DNA of 64,000 bases from Takakia lepidozioides (taxonomy: Eukaryota > Plantae > Bryophyta). Location of the stretch: contig CM060733.1 in assembly GCA_030704615.1 (NCBI GenBank), positions 9,796,001 to 9,860,000 on the forward strand, written 5' to 3'. The notes below the pieces were generated by a model. That model searched no databases, was not told the origin of the DNA, and saw nothing but the letters and a program-made list of their open reading frames with translations. The translations under genes and the position numbers were made by a program. Below, one piece after another: positions 13,599 to 27,438 of this stretch (position 1 is its first letter; every line of letters starts with the position of its first letter).

Positions 13599-15907
13599 AT
13601 GTCAGGGGAAATACTGGGAGGTAAGATGATTACTATGCCGTTGAGGCCTTCTAGGAGGCCCCTTGTGCGGCACCTATGTGCGATATCCACCAAACACCCC
13701 TCTTGCCCCCCTCTGCAACCTGTCGTGGCTTCCAAGTTATACCCTACAGGTATTTGTCTTCCTCAGTCTTATCGTGTGTTCTTAAATAAACCTTCTCTCC
13801 ACATAAGTTCGTTCAAAGCATTGATTAGTTGGTTTGTGCTAAGGTTTGCACTCTTGAGAAGAAGATCCATCTCAACCTCTTGGCCCATTCCTTTGCTGTC
13901 GTAACAGTGGTAGTCATCATGTTCAACCAGTAATATGATTTGAGACTAATCTTGACTTATTGTCTGTTTTCGAGAGTGAATCAAGTTGTTGCGAAATCTC
14001 ATGCATGCTTGCAGTGGGTGGGCAGGGGTCAGTGGATTTGGCAGTAGACTGGAAGAAGGTAGCGTGTGAGAGAGAGGAAGCCAAGGCAGTGCTGGTTGAC
14101 TTTTTGAGAGGGCGAGGTGTCAGCCCCCCACTTGCTGCCAGGACTGTGAACAAAGCACCCCGCTTCATTGCACATCTGCTCTCACTTCTACACTCGCACT
14201 ATCGCATGCGATATCTCTCTGGTTTTTTTCTGTACCTTTATCAATTCAAATACAAACTAGTTTTGGAGAGCTGTATTGCTGGGCTCCCTTTATCACCAAG
14301 CGCTGTCCTTGTAAGCAAGGGTAAGGTAATACTTGGTTGGATGATATGTAACCAGACCTGGCAAGGTAGACTAATGCCATGAGATGCAGCAAGGCACCGG
14401 AGGTTGATATAAAACAGAGATTATGTATATTCTCCACTTAACACGATGGGTTTTCATTAACTGAAAATGACAGAGTTGAGAGTGACCATCAGCCACCTGC
14501 CTTTCTTCAGAGTGTTTGCAGAAGAAGGGTGACTAGTCTCTTGTGTGGTCCTTGAAAGGCAGTGCTTTGTTTTTTTGGTAGGAAAAGAGAGGACACTTGT
14601 TGCAACTCCATAACAGAGCTCTCTATTGGTTTCCAATTATAAGCCGAGAAAAATGTGAATATAGCAGTAGCCACTGGTTGCGGGGAATTTCCAAAAACTT
14701 TTTCTTGCCAATGTCTCTCAGGAACTCAAAAGAGATCATTTTAGCATCCTGTGGTTTCTTGGCAGGAAGGGAGCTGACAACAACTGAAATCAGGAGCACG
14801 TTGCTGCCATACTTAGAGGGCATGGGGACAAAGCACAAGCAGGGATTAGTTGATGTCTTTGTGAGCTTCCCGGATCCGCCCCCACCCAGGGCAGAGGTTA
14901 TTGGCCCTGGTCAAATAAAGGGTGATCCAGCGACGATGAACTATCCCGAGGTCAACATGGAAGACTATCCAGAGATCAACGTAGCAGACTATCCACAGCT
15001 ACGTGTGCATGTGGTTGATGGGAAGTTTCGGCCAGCACTTGTGTATTTCCTCAAATTGGGTTTCCCACCTGAACAAGTGGAACGTCTTGTGTCCCGCTTT
15101 CCGAGTATACTGAGCTATAGTGTAGATGGCAAGATACAGCCTGTGGTTGATTTCCTTTTGGGCATGGGTGTCTCGCTCGACCAAATTCCCAAGATCCTCC
15201 TGAAGAGACCACAATTGTTTGGGTGCAGCGTGGAGGAGAATCTGAAGCCCAGTGTGTTGTTGTTGGAGGGGCTGGGGGTAGAAAGAGAGAAATGGGCTAG
15301 AATTCTCGTTGCATTTCCCCATATGCTAACATACAGCAATTTGAAACTGCAGAATGTTGTTGTAGTTTTATCAGAGATTGGGTTGTCCCCGCCAGATGCA
15401 GGAAAGGTCCTCACCAAATTTCCACATGTTGTTGGTTACAGTGTGGAAGCAAAGCTGAAACCAATGGCGGAGTACTTCTTTAGCATTGGTGTGTCAGATG
15501 TGAGAGCTTTGATTCGGCGTTCCCCTCAGATGCTAGGGCTAAGCCTAGAACTGAACATCAAGCCCACAGCTCAGTTCTTCTTAGAACTGGGGTTCACGAA
15601 GGAGGAGTTCACTACACTGGTCATCCGATTTCCACAGATTCTAGGACTGAATGTAGAGAATAATATACGCCCCAAGTGGAATTATTTCAGGAGTATGGAA
15701 CGTTCCAAGTCTGAAGTAGTAGATTTTCCTCAGTATTTTGGGTACAGTTTAGAGAAGAGGATACAGTCTAGGTATGAAGCAGTAGTGTCACACAGGCTAG
15801 CATGGAATTTGAATCGAATGCTTAGTATGACCGATATTGCCTTTCAGCGACAACTAGAGAGCAGCAAGCTTAGGGCTGGCAATCACGTTGTGGGACTGTC
15901 AGAGTGA
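13599..15907 (+). CDS. MTERF5: mTERF protein, mTERF5/MDA1-like, 3 exons (13599-13749, 14015-14221, 14766-15907)
   Basis: Multiple mTERF repeats (FPSILSYSV, RPQLFGCSV, SPQMLGLSL, FPQYFGYSLEKRI); GRELTTxEIR motif; phase-consistent GT-AG junctions; transit-peptide-like N-terminus. Confidence 0.85.
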
Positions 15908-16918
15908 TTCTTCAGTGAGAAAACATTCCTTAGTGATTTCTCTATTCAAACTTTGATTGAACACCAGCTAACTCACCGTTCATTTCTTCAGGAATCTCTT
16001 TTGTGAAGTGCTTGGTTTGCTCCATGCACAACAGACAATGACCTCTGAGAGGCTGGTTGTTTTATGTCTTTGAACCCTCTCTTCCCCCGCACCCTCCCTA
16101 CTCTTTTTAGCCGCAATATGTTGGACTTGGAATTTGCCCTTTTCTTTTTGTGGATGTGATAAACTCATCCGTCAGCAGCATTCAACGGCATATTCACTTG
16201 CCTCATCTTTGTAATACAAGAAATGAAATGAAATGAAATGGTGGTTTATAACGAAAGAAAGGAGGAGAGAATTGCAGTCAGATTCTGCTTGCAACAGACA
16301 GTGCAGCTTTTACAGAAGTGTGCATTGCTTGCCAGGGGCTGCCCGGGTCTAACACTCCTTTCCTTCGAAAGAATTGCTTATGAAAGGGATTGGACGATCC
16401 AGCAGGACCATAAGACTCTGCATATGCGCAACAAACAGTAGCACAGTGCTTCTTTGGCGCAACAGCTGAATAAGCCTCGGCAAATCAAATAGGTGTAGCA
16501 CCGCCCATATGTAAACTTAAATCTGTGTCGAAAGGTTCATCTTGTCATGGGGTGGGGGTTTACCATTTCGCAGTGTTCCACCGATGCCCACAGTTTACAT
16601 GTGGATACAGAATATGGAGAGGTTTTCGAGTGTAGTGTGAGTCTTCGATGTTCTGAAAAATTTCCAGCAAAGATCACTTTCCTCCGGTCAGGTTGTACCT
16701 GGTTGAACCTTACCGGTTTATTTTTTTAGAGTAACATCCTTTACCGGGGTTCTACACACCTATCCTTCCTGGCTTCAATATCCGAACGGGGGACATTTCT
16801 TCCGGAGTCTTTGAGGTACATCATGATCTAGATTACCGAATTCTCAGGTTTCGCTTTGTGGGTGGTCCATTGTGGAGGCCAAGTATGGAGCGGTGGTAGC
16901 CTGCGCAATCTCTCCATC

Positions 16919-19900
16919 ATGACCATGGGCACCCGTGTCTTTCTGCTGCTATGCGTGGGCGCAACGATCTTGCCCGTTGCCTTACTCTTCAATCACATCG
17001 TTCCCCATCCATACATGGTTCTCTCTCTGACTCTGTTTCTCTCTCTCTCACACACACACTAACACGCAACACATCTTACTGTCTCATCTGTTGCAGTCAT
17101 TGCCCAGCTCAGTGGTAGCCTGGGTGTCCATATTGATGTACGTTAAAGTTCTCACTAAATGCTGTTATGAAGTAGATCCATAGATGATTCCAATGTTTTT
17201 TCTCCTACCTTCGATTGCAATTGAGATGATGGCTTTTTGAAGGTGTTCTGTAGCAGGGAAATGTATCTGCATCTGCATCTGCATCTGGTAAGTGAACAAG
17301 GTCAAGTCAATGGATGTCTCATAAGTGCCAAACCTAAGCCCCTGTTAGATCTTTACCTCATCGGGTATCCACAATGTAGTAACAGCACCAAACATTGACA
17401 ACCCTGACACTCATCCCTTGATCCTGCATAACCCATAATAAACTGACACTGTACCCTTTCCTCCTTAGAATGGATCCTCTTTGACGGCAAACTGGGAGGT
17501 GTTGCAGGAGACACTCCTGTCATCTCCTTCGTGTTACGTTGTTGAAGCACTCTTGTGCCTTACTAGGATACTCCGTGTCAGAGGTCTCATCACAATGTTG
17601 TTAATGTGGAAGGAGAGGGGCTAGCAATCTGGATTGGGGTAGTATTGGCAAGTAAAGAACCATACATACCTGAACAGGTCATGCAACTCCAAGTCTTGGT
17701 TATGTGAAAGTAAGGGTTTAAGACAGAGCCTACAGGTGGACTTGTGTTTTCTTATGGCCTTGGAAATGAGAGCTTGAGCTTTTTTCATAAGTTTTCCTTC
17801 ATACAAAGCAACACAGTTAAGACCTTTGAGTTGCCCCCCTGGGTGCGCCCTCCATTGCCCTTTCCCTCTTCTGTGATTCAGTGTGGGTCTACTGCACTTT
17901 CAGCCACGTATACTGAGGCAGATATTCTAATCTGGGTGTGCAATGTTTGCTGTGGGGATGGATGGCGTGGGTGCAAAAAGGACGAGATATTCCACATACC
18001 GCAGGCACAGCAGTTCTGCTATGGCAACCTGGGCAAATGGGATCCCATGATCACCACCTTCCCTGGCTTGTATGCTCTCTAATATTTTTTACTTATCTCC
18101 TTCTCTTGTTTTTGGGTTATGGGAAACTGAATCATTCTATTTGATCTCCGCTCACGTTGTTCTCTTTTTCCAAATACCTGTGTCTCAGGATATGTGGGTA
18201 TGGGGAACTATCAGTCATGTGTTTCACTCGAAAGAAGGAAAGAATAGATCGTATAGCACACCATGGGTTCATTATTTGGATATTCAAGATGCCAGTGGAA
18301 ACTTACAAACTTAGATGATTATGTGGTACCCTTGACACTTGATTTTCTTTCCCGAAACATGCTGTCCTCTGATAGTTTGTGGTATTTCCATGGTCAAAGA
18401 TCTCTAGATCCCTAAACCAAAAGTTGCATTTGCAGGTATTTTGTGTCGCTTGCCTACACAGGGATACTGCTGCCACTGGCAGGCTTCCTCGGGTTGGCCT
18501 CCTCACTGCCAGATCTATGCACCCCAGCCATATTACGATCTGTAAACGTGGCTCTCTCTCTCTTGTGCTCTCTTCTGTTCTGGGGGATTGGACGGCACCT
18601 AGAGCCCAAGAAAACTCTGAAAAGGGTCACTGCAAAAGCAATGTTGCTGGCACTGTACCCACTCCATTGGTTTTTTACATTTCTTTATTACACAGATGTG
18701 GGGTCCACGACTGCCGTTATGGCTATGCATCTGGCGGGTTTAAAGCGAGCCTATTGGATCAGTGCGCTGGTGCGTTAGTGGCCTGCCATGCTTCTTCTCA
18801 GCCCTGTGGGCTTTCTAGAGGTTCGTTGAATGTTTGCACAAAGATTGTGTGTGTTGGGGGTGGGGGAAATGAGGCTCCCAGCTACATCATTGGTAGTTGT
18901 AATTGTGCAGTTGTGAACTTTACTGCTTCAGGGGTAATGTGTTATTCTGCCTCCTCTTTTCTTCAATACGTCAAAGTAAATCTGCTTTGTGTCTTCCCCT
19001 TCTTTGATTTTCCAATCTTCATATTAAGGTCTCTATTTGGACGATAATGGGTGGCATTGTTTTGACACAGTTTGCAGCAGTCTCTATCTTGTTTCGGCAA
19101 ACGAATGTTGTGTGGGCGATTTTTGTGACAGTGGTGGGATTGCTTGACTTTCTAAAAGTCCCTGTAGACTTAAATGGTGAGACTCAAGCTAGAGATGTCC
19201 CATGGAAAGCTGTGGGAGATGAATCACTGTGGAGGTTTCCCCCAGAAGGCCTTGGGGGGCAAATAGCTAAGAATGTAAGGAGGCGAGTTGGCGTGCATTC
19301 CGATAATGATGTGACAACCGTGGATTCAGCATATGTTCCTCCCGTCAGGAAGCCTAATAAAAGTGTCAAGGATGAAGGTGACCTCTCTCTCTATCTCTCT
19401 CTTAGGAAAGGGAAGCCACAGGGCTACAGGCCACAAGGCTATGGAAAACAAGTCTTATGAGTACATCTTAGGAAAGGGAAGCCACAAGGCTATGGCAAAC
19501 AACATCTTTTGAGTACATTCTTAGGAAATGGAATACCCTGCTGATTAAATGCACCATCAACCGAGAACCTTGATCACAACCTTGGCGTATCCAGAGATGC
19601 CAATGTGGCCTGGCAAGTGGCAAACTTGAATCAAGACGAATAGGGAAGAAGAGATAGAAGCTGTAAGAGACTGGTTGTCAGCCTGCAATACACAAGAAGA
19701 CCTTGAGATAAAAAACATGCCCTTTTCAACCGTTGTAAGGCCACCTGAGAGAAAGCTTTCAACACATAGGAAGTTGCTAACTGGGATTGCAAGTACCCAG
19801 CGGAAACCAGTGCATGTGAAGTGCAGCAATTGCCAACAGAGAAACTCTCCAGTCGCATCCTGCCAATCATGGGCGCAGTGTACCACTGAGGACACTCTTT

Positions 19901-22333
19901 TAAAGTAAACAAGCAAGCCCTCAGGTCTTTACCCTCAGAAGAGCTTTGGTGGAAGATAGTCCATGCTGTTCTGCACCGAATGCTGCCCATGACAGGTCAC
20001 AGTATGAGCTGCTGATCTAGCTTTCCTGATGTGCCAAAGAGTAAACTGCTTATGGAATTCCAAATTACACACCTATCCATCCCAGTCTACTGTTTGCCGG
20101 CCTATGGTCTGATATATCCTTCTTTTTTTGTCCTCCCTCCGCTTTCTTCTTTTTCCAAGGAGAAGGCTTTACAATTCGGAACCAACTTTTATAAACCTAA
20201 GACCTCACTCTATCTGTCTACCACCTTCATCCTGTAACATTTGTGTATGCATCAGTTAGAGTAAATCAATCTTGCAAATGGAATGCCATTCGTTGAGAGC
20301 GTTGCTGCAACTAAGGGGTACTTCTTTGCATCTCTGTGATGTTAGTTACTTTGCAAGAAGCACAAACGAGTACATCATCTCTAATGCTATGGCAAGGAAA
20401 CTTCGGTAAGTACACTTTTTCTGTCTCCTAAGGTTGTGCTACCAACTTGTACCTAACTTATCTCAGAAATCTGCACAATAACAGGCATGATCGCGCACTT
20501 TTTGAGCTTGGCCCAACAGGCGTGGATGAGAAGAACCCAGGTGGCTTGGAGCTTTGGCCCGCTGTTGTCAGTGATTCTAGCCTTTGGTGGCTTCGTCTAC
20601 TACAATGGCAGTATTGTTGTTGGTAAGCACAGGTCTATGTGAGTCATATTTGTCCTTGGGAGTCATATCTAATCTCCCCAGTGTGGAACCCATTTTCAGT
20701 CTGAGGAGACAGCATCATTTGCAGGTAACTAATCAGAGGCAAGCAGAAAGGTGGAAAGAAAGGTGGCAGATAAGGCGTAAGAGGTTTGATCTGGTAATCT
20801 TATCCCGGTGGTGTGTGCAGGGGCAAAAGATGCGCACAAGGTCTCTCCTCATTTTCCTCAGCTCTTATACTTTGGGGTCGTTGCTTCAATGGCCATGGCG
20901 CCTCTTCACTACAGCCCTGGCAGACATGCCTTGTTGTTTCGTGTTTTCCGGAGACCATTGGCATGGGCGTTAGTACAGATCGGATTTTCAGTGGCATTTG
21001 TGTTTGTCCACTATTTCAGGTCAAGCTCCTCATCTCTGTTAGTTCCTGATTTAGGTTGTGTTGATGGGTGGGAAACGTAGACCTGGTTCTGGGGCCCTAC
21101 TTAGGTGACTCTTTTGAAGCCTCCTTAGGTGGGGCGGTGTTATTTTTAAGCAAAATAACCCCCTTAAAGGTGTATTGATGAGCACACTTGCATGATCATA
21201 TCTTTCGTTCCATCCTGGCTGAACTTGGGTGCAGAAGGAGAGGGAGGGACATCCAGGAGAGTTAGGCATACTTACAGAAACTCTATGCTTGTACTGTGGA
21301 CAGTTTGGAGCATCCATATTTGCTGGCAGACAACCGGCACTATCCCTTTTACTTATGGAAGAATATAATGCATGCACACTGGAGTGCCAAGTACTGGCTT
21401 ATCCCTCTTTACTTGTACTCGTGGTGGTCTCTCCTACATTCTTTGGGTGAGTCTCCTTTGTCCTAAAATACTCCAAATGTGATATATTCTGATCTCTGGT
21501 TCTTCTATCCGTCTTTGCTTTAATTCCACTTCGGAAATAATACCCAGCTTGCTGAGTTTTAAACAGAGAAGCAAGTATTGAGCTCCGGTTCCTGGTGACG
21601 AGTTCTGTCGTCAGAGCTGGGCTTTGTCCCTCACAAACTTTTGCAGCCCTGTCCTCCAGTTTTCACATTCCACATTGGAGACAGAATGGAGGACCTCTCA
21701 GCCTCAACGACCTGCAGTGATACATCTTCATATAAACACAGATGTAGATCATACATGTTGTCATGCTTGGTGGTGTGCATTTGAAATGGTGCTGTATGAG
21801 CTAATTTGTCTGAATGTTGACGCAAGGGGGGATCCTAGGACCAGAAAATCGGATTCTAAACAACTAGAAAGTCATATTTTACAGGGTCATGACGTAAATT
21901 ATTTACGAAGCAAGTGTGGCATCTTGGCTGTGTAAAGACTTCAAAAATCTACCTTTAGTGTCTCTATAAAAAATGAACAGGATCTAGCAACCTTCCTACT
22001 CGTCCTGGAAGGGATTGGATCTCTTAGGTGCACATGACCCAGATTTTGCTTCATTGATTGGCAGGTAAAAGACAGGACTGGCTCTGGATCCTAGTTTTCT
22101 GTGTAGGAGTTGCCGGGGTGTTGGTACCTGCTCCTTTAGTGGAGTTTCGGTACTACACTGTTCCCTTTTACCTTATTGCACTACACACTCATATCCCAAA
22201 GGATGAAGAAGTGGGTGTGCTGTTACTCTTGGCTGCTGCGTACGTAGGAGTCAATTTGATAACTGTGTATCTTTTCTTGTACCGCCCATTTCACTGGGAC
22301 CATGAATCAGGAATACAGAGATTTTTATGGTGA
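16919..22333 (+). CDS. ALG10: Dol-P-Glc:Glc2Man9GlcNAc2-PP-Dol alpha-1,2-glucosyltransferase, 8 exons (16919-17017, 17981-18069, 18436-18769, 19071-19377, 20485-20622, 20821-21019, 21304-21446, 22065-22333)
   Basis: PYM|DEIFHIPQAQ, WDPMITTFPGL, FLYYTDVGST, FRQTNVVW, HPYLLADNRHYPFY, PAPLVEFRYY, QRFLW; GT-AG junctions. Confidence 0.93.
19401..19530. repeat. Short imperfect tandem duplications in ALG10 intron 4
   Basis: CTTAGGAAAGGGAAGCCACA(A/G)GGCTA repeated twice plus a partial third copy. Confidence 0.7.
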
Positions 22334-24706
22334 AAACTTATGTTTATGAATCAAATGCAAATTTTCCATTAGCACTAAATCAAGGATAAGTCCCTTGTTG
22401 CATTTAGCATGGATCACTGGCTCAGTGTTAGGCATTTTTCCTTGCAAGTTGTCCCTGATTGTTACATTGAAGTGGTTCGCTGCCTTTACGAATGTATCAT
22501 AAAGTCTTATTTTCGTGTAAATTGAGATTTGCATAGTTGATTGATGAACTTTGCACATTTCTCAAAGCAGCACAATGTGAGCACCACGGATTTGGAAATG
22601 TGCAACATTGAACCCCCATATGGTCTCATGCTCAAGCCTGACTGAGGTTGTTGATCTTCTAACTGACGAGAGAGAGAATGGAAACAAAGAATGAAAGAGC
22701 TGTGGTGGGGTCTGGAAATCAAGACCCACTTTTGATTATGCCAAAGCAGTGGGCTTGAGAAGCCTAGGGAAGAGAGAATGTCGACAAGGTGCAGCACTCA
22801 GGGAATCCTCCCCAAAGTGAAGTCAAGTCAGAAGCTGTTGAAATCCTTGGTCTGAGAACTGATTTGACCACTGTTTGCTTGTGCAAATAGGCCTTTAACT
22901 TGGACAGCTGGCAACACTGTTTGCCAGGTGTTGGAGGTGCTTCCTGAAGAAACGTCACTAGCCAGGTTGGCTTTAAAATGGGATCTGTAACTTTTGAAGA
23001 CTAAATTTGAGAAGAAGCGAAATAGTCGGGGTCAAATGAGAGTGTCATTTGGGTGACTGGACTATCACAAAATCTACAGGGTTCCGTCCCTGTGGCTGCA
23101 AAGACACTGTGGACTACTTTAGAGCCTGTACAGCTGACTTTCCTGCAAATGTAGTTCTTGCCCGCACGGCATGATCTATTCAAATCATCTTTCCAGTTCC
23201 CCCGAAGAAGATTCATTCCATTTCTAGTAACGTCTTTGTTTGTATATGCTTCCATGCAAATGAAGGGCGTGTTGGATGTAAGGTAGCATTATACGTTGCC
23301 AGCAATAAAGTCCGTGAAGCCGGACAGCGGAAAATATAAGCTGTCCCTTGAAGATGCCACACTTGCCAAGATGGCAAAAGATGGCATCCTCAGCTAAACC
23401 AAGATGCCATCTTCAGCTAAACACAAAGCTTTGGGTCTCATTCAATTTATCCACTGTAGAGGGATAAATACTGTTAAAAAGACCATGCTTTGCAACGTTA
23501 TGATGCCTACTTGGAGTACACATCTGAGGGCAACTCCAATCATGCTAAATCCATTCAGCTTTTCGTGCTCAAAGAGAGCTTGTACTCAGCGTGCTCTAGA
23601 ACTGCTAACGTGGCTGTTCGGAGTTTGGCGTGCTCTCGACGTAATGTTAGATTTTAAGGTCGGACATTGAATTGCATGCAGAAGCACTGGAGCCAAACCG
23701 CACCATATGTACCAGTTGTAAGCTGCAATCAATCCTTGAGAAACATTACACACCTCACATTTACCTCCATAGTCAAGTTGCTGGAATTGGGGATATAGAC
23801 AGTTTGTGCGTGTCGATCACAAGTGCAACAACTTCACAATACAACCATGTGAGAGAGGGAGAATCAGAGAAAAACCAACTCAGACAGCAACCACCCTTTC
23901 AATTCAGCTTTTAGCCTGGAGAAGTTTACCGTCAGGACAAACAAATAGAGTCAACAAGGAACATACCCATGGGCCAGAAATCAAGGAGTTGAGCAGTCAA
24001 GGAAGAATCTTGGAACGATTGAAGCTTAGAACTACTAAATGTATAAGCTCAGAGAGAGAGAGAGCACTGCAGTTGCCTTCGGTACATACCAAGGGCCCTC
24101 ATCTGATCTGATGTGCCAACATCATTCTAAACTGCCTCATCTCTGTTTGGCAGCCCAATTTCACAAAACAGTGGGATTCACCACAGGGTGAGGTGACATC
24201 TTTTTTGTTCACAACCTGGCTAGCCAGAGCGTGGCCCAAATACTTCATTAAAATCGCTCTGTGATATATCCTTTGTGCACAAATATAAACACTTTGCAGC
24301 ATTTAAAGCATATTAACAACTATACTTGGAGGACATTGTCCTAAGGGAATCTGCATTATGCTGGTTATCAGTGATGTGAGTCCTGACAACTCCTCTGACA
24401 AGGAAACAAACAAAATTTCTTCTTTCAGTGAGAAGCTTTACTTCACATGCAAAAAAGATCAATCAGCTCCAACTATGCAGTTGTGGTATTGAGATGGTGT
24501 ACAGTGAAATGAGTCTTATGTTTCCCTACTTCAGACAACTTGGGAAACTCACCAAAGTGAGAGTCATAACATTCAAAGCATGTGTAGTGTCTACTTCTTG
24601 AGATCTAGCAGACATCTAAACCTGCAAATTGCAGCAGGTTGCAACTCAAATCTTCCTTAAACTTGAAGGAAACTTGATCAGGAAGCTGTATGAATATATT
24701 ATACTG

Positions 24707-25903
24707 TCAAGGAGCAGCAGTCAAACTCGGTGCAAAATTGGCGTTGGGAAGGTAGCGGAGCTTGAGCGAGTGAGATGGATCAGACACGCCAATATTATGT
24801 ATGATAGGCTGCTCCCCCTTAGTATCATTCGTGACGTTGTACCAGAGGAGAGAATCTCCACAGGTCACCCAGATACACTCATCTCTTGCTGCGCATTGCC
24901 AGTTGTCTTCGAAAGCTTCTAGGGTAACGAGATCCGTCTTACCGACATCATGCGACAGCTGGGTTAATGGAAAAGATCTATAGTTTCCTCCTTGCAGCTG
25001 AATCCGGGTGATGCGAAAATTCACAATCAATTCTGAAAAATCAGGCTGCAGGCCCGCCCATGAAACTCCTATAAGGTAGAGAGTATCCTTGCACGCCACA
25101 AGCCGTGGCTTGCTCATATCTTTACAATAGTTCTTGAACAAACTTTGAAGAAAGATAAATGTCAACTCTCCTTTTTCCATGTCAAATGCGTTCAACGTGA
25201 TTAGGTCTCTTCGACCGTGACTTAGCTCCTGCAGGAAATAGAAGATCCCATTGCATACCACAGAATCATGCGGTGCGCGTACCTTAGCTGGAAATCTACG
25301 TAGCATCCATGTTTGTGTTGCAGAATTGTAAACTTGGAGGAAACACCGACCAAAGACAAAAACGTTGTATGTCCCAGAGAGGTGATCAACGTACATGGTT
25401 GCACAGCCTCTTCCATCGACCGCTCGATCAGGCAACTGCTTCCAACTCCTGGTCACCGGATTACAAACATACAATTGCTGGGTTTTCGGGTCAATGCTTC
25501 GACGACATAATACTAGGCCCCCAGCTGCAGTAAGAACGGTACTCTTGACTCCATTCGGAAGGAACGACAAAGAAGGCAGAGCTATTTGCCATTCCTTTGA
25601 TGCGTGATGCACTCCCCAACCCAATTTACTCTCCCGACGAGAAATCGCGCCGTGCTCTCGCCCAAAACAAAGGGGAAAGAACCAATCTGTTAATTCCACG
25701 CCCATCTTCACACGCATTTGCAGAAAGGAAGGTCGCGCGAGGTTGAAGCGACTCCATGTAGTGCACACTGCTTGGGATGTAAGAAGATCGCGCACCGGGA
25801 GATTCGCAAGAACAATCTCTACAATCTCTTCGGGTAGACGCCTGCAATCCCCGTCTTCACCTTCGATTTGTTCTCTCTTCGCAACTTTCCGACTCTTGCC
25901 CAT
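24707..25903 (-). CDS. F-box protein with kelch-like/FBA-type C-terminal domain, intronless, 398 aa
   Basis: LPEEIVEIVLANLPVRDLLTSQAVCTTW F-box; AAGGLV, LYVCNPVTRSWKQLP, VYNSATQTW. Confidence 0.9.
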   Translation of the reverse strand: MGKSRKVAKREQIEGEDGDCRRLPEEIVEIVLANLPVRDLLTSQAVCTTWSRFNLARPSFLQMRVKMGVELTDWFFPLCFGREHGAISRRESKLGWGVHHASKEWQIALPSLSFLPNGVKSTVLTAAGGLVLCRRSIDPKTQQLYVCNPVTRSWKQLPDRAVDGRGCATMYVDHLSGTYNVFVFGRCFLQVYNSATQTWMLRRFPAKVRAPHDSVVCNGIFYFLQELSHGRRDLITLNAFDMEKGELTFIFLQSLFKNYCKDMSKPRLVACKDTLYLIGVSWAGLQPDFSELIVNFRITRIQLQGGNYRSFPLTQLSHDVGKTDLVTLEAFEDNWQCAARDECIWVTCGDSLLWYNVTNDTKGEQPIIHNIGVSDPSHSLKLRYLPNANFAPSLTAAP

Positions 25904-26420
25904 TTCTCACTGGGATTCTCTAAAGCTAAGCTGTTAAAAGCTCTGGAGACAAACAATTTTCGACTCCAGAGAGATGAAAGAGATACGAGTATGTGCAAGT
26001 GAGCGAGGCAACTTGAGATATATACTGTGCAGTGAACTTCGCGCAGACTGCCAAGAGGTGAAAAGAGGGCGGACTTATCTTTTCCGGAAATAGCAAAAGC
26101 GAATAGCAAAGCAAAAAGTTTCCTTTGTATTCAAGATAGTCTTTCGACGCGCAGTAGGCCCGCCACGCCTTCTCCCTAATAATCTGTAAGGAAAGGAAGT
26201 TCTGAAGTTCAGCAATTTCCAGAGCGAATCCTTTTTATCCAGTCTTGGAATCGGATGTTGCCACTGAGTCTCCTGAAGAAAGTCGTGACGCCCTTTCATG
26301 AGCCTTTCATGCAGGTGCCCCTGTATGCAAGAGTCTCTTACAACCTTAGCTTATTGCATCAAAATCTATCACTCATATTATAAACACTAACATGGTGTAG
26401 ATACTAGATACTTCCACTTT

Positions 26421-26677
26421 CAGAATGCACAATACTGCCCCAGGAAGATGTACATAATATATGCTTGCCTTTCAACACCTGCCAGCCGAGTTTCAACAAT
26501 CAAAATACTGTTCTCACTGTTTCTTCCCAAGTGAGGTCCCCCTTTCTGCTGTCTTACCTAAATGGGTCAGAATGCACAATATTGCCTCAGGAAGATGTAC
26601 ATAATATATGCTTGCCAGCCGAGTTTCAACAGTCAAACACTGTTCTCACTGTTTCTTCCCAGGCGAGGTCCCCCTTT
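26421..26677. repeat. Tandem duplication of ~110-125 bp (26421-26545 / 26568-26677)
   Basis: CAGAATGCACAAT...GGAAGATGTACATAATATATGCTTGCC...CTGTTCTCACTGTTTCTTCCCA...GAGGTCCCCCTTT present twice. Confidence 0.9.
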
Positions 26678-26919
26678 AGAACTGCTGGCTTGCCAAGCGC
26701 ACGAAGCGCACGCCTGAGAGTGGCAATGTCATGAGGACCTCCTCTATGAAGAATCTTTTCTTTAGAATCAGTTGATTTCACATATCTTCGTCGCCTTACA
26801 GGATCTGGAAGTTCTAAAATATTCAATATCAAATTTTAAAAAACAATTTGTAATAGTTTGTTAATGTTGTCGACATTCCCGCAGGTGATCGCCTGTCTGC
26901 CGGGCCTACTCTCAAGGTA

Positions 26920-27438
26920 CCGTAGTCGGGCAGGCTGCTCCGGCACTAAATTATAATTAGAAATGAATCTGCCTAATAGGTAATTAGGTGAAAATTTAGG
27001 AAAAACTGCCAAAATTCCAGAAAGTTTATAAAAAAATGCCTAAAATCTCAAACAAACTCCAAATATCAAATCTCCAAATGCGTGTTTCAAGGCATAAAGC
27101 TCTAGGAAAATATTTTCCTTAACTCTGAGAGATCCTAGATTATTGGCTGAACAATCACTGCATCCATCAGTAGCAAGATTTGACCCCAGAATCATCTGGG
27201 TGGCACTCAGTGCTCTTAACCATCTAAGCTACTGACTGTTGGTACATAATTCTTTTACCACATCTGGTACAGTAGATAGAGCAAGTTCAAGAGCAAGTTC
27301 ATGCAGGGAGTCACCCCCGAATTACTTAAAATCTCCTGGCGGCATTGCCATGAAATCTAGAAATTTCCTTAAGTTGTGCCGGTTGGAAAGAAAATAAATA
27401 TTCGACACTTCACTGCCGGATCAGCCTGCCGAGTACGG
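26920..27438. mobile_element. Tc1/mariner-pogo-type MITE
   Basis: ~25-bp TIRs CCGTA(G/C)TCGG(G)CAGGCTG(C/A)TCCGGCA; TA on both sides (26918-26919, 27439-27440). Confidence 0.8.

Noticed and set aside
10383-22333. Glycosylation gene cluster (GDP-fucose synthase + ALG10)
   Set aside because: Different pathway steps separated by an unrelated mTERF gene; no evidence of co-regulation.
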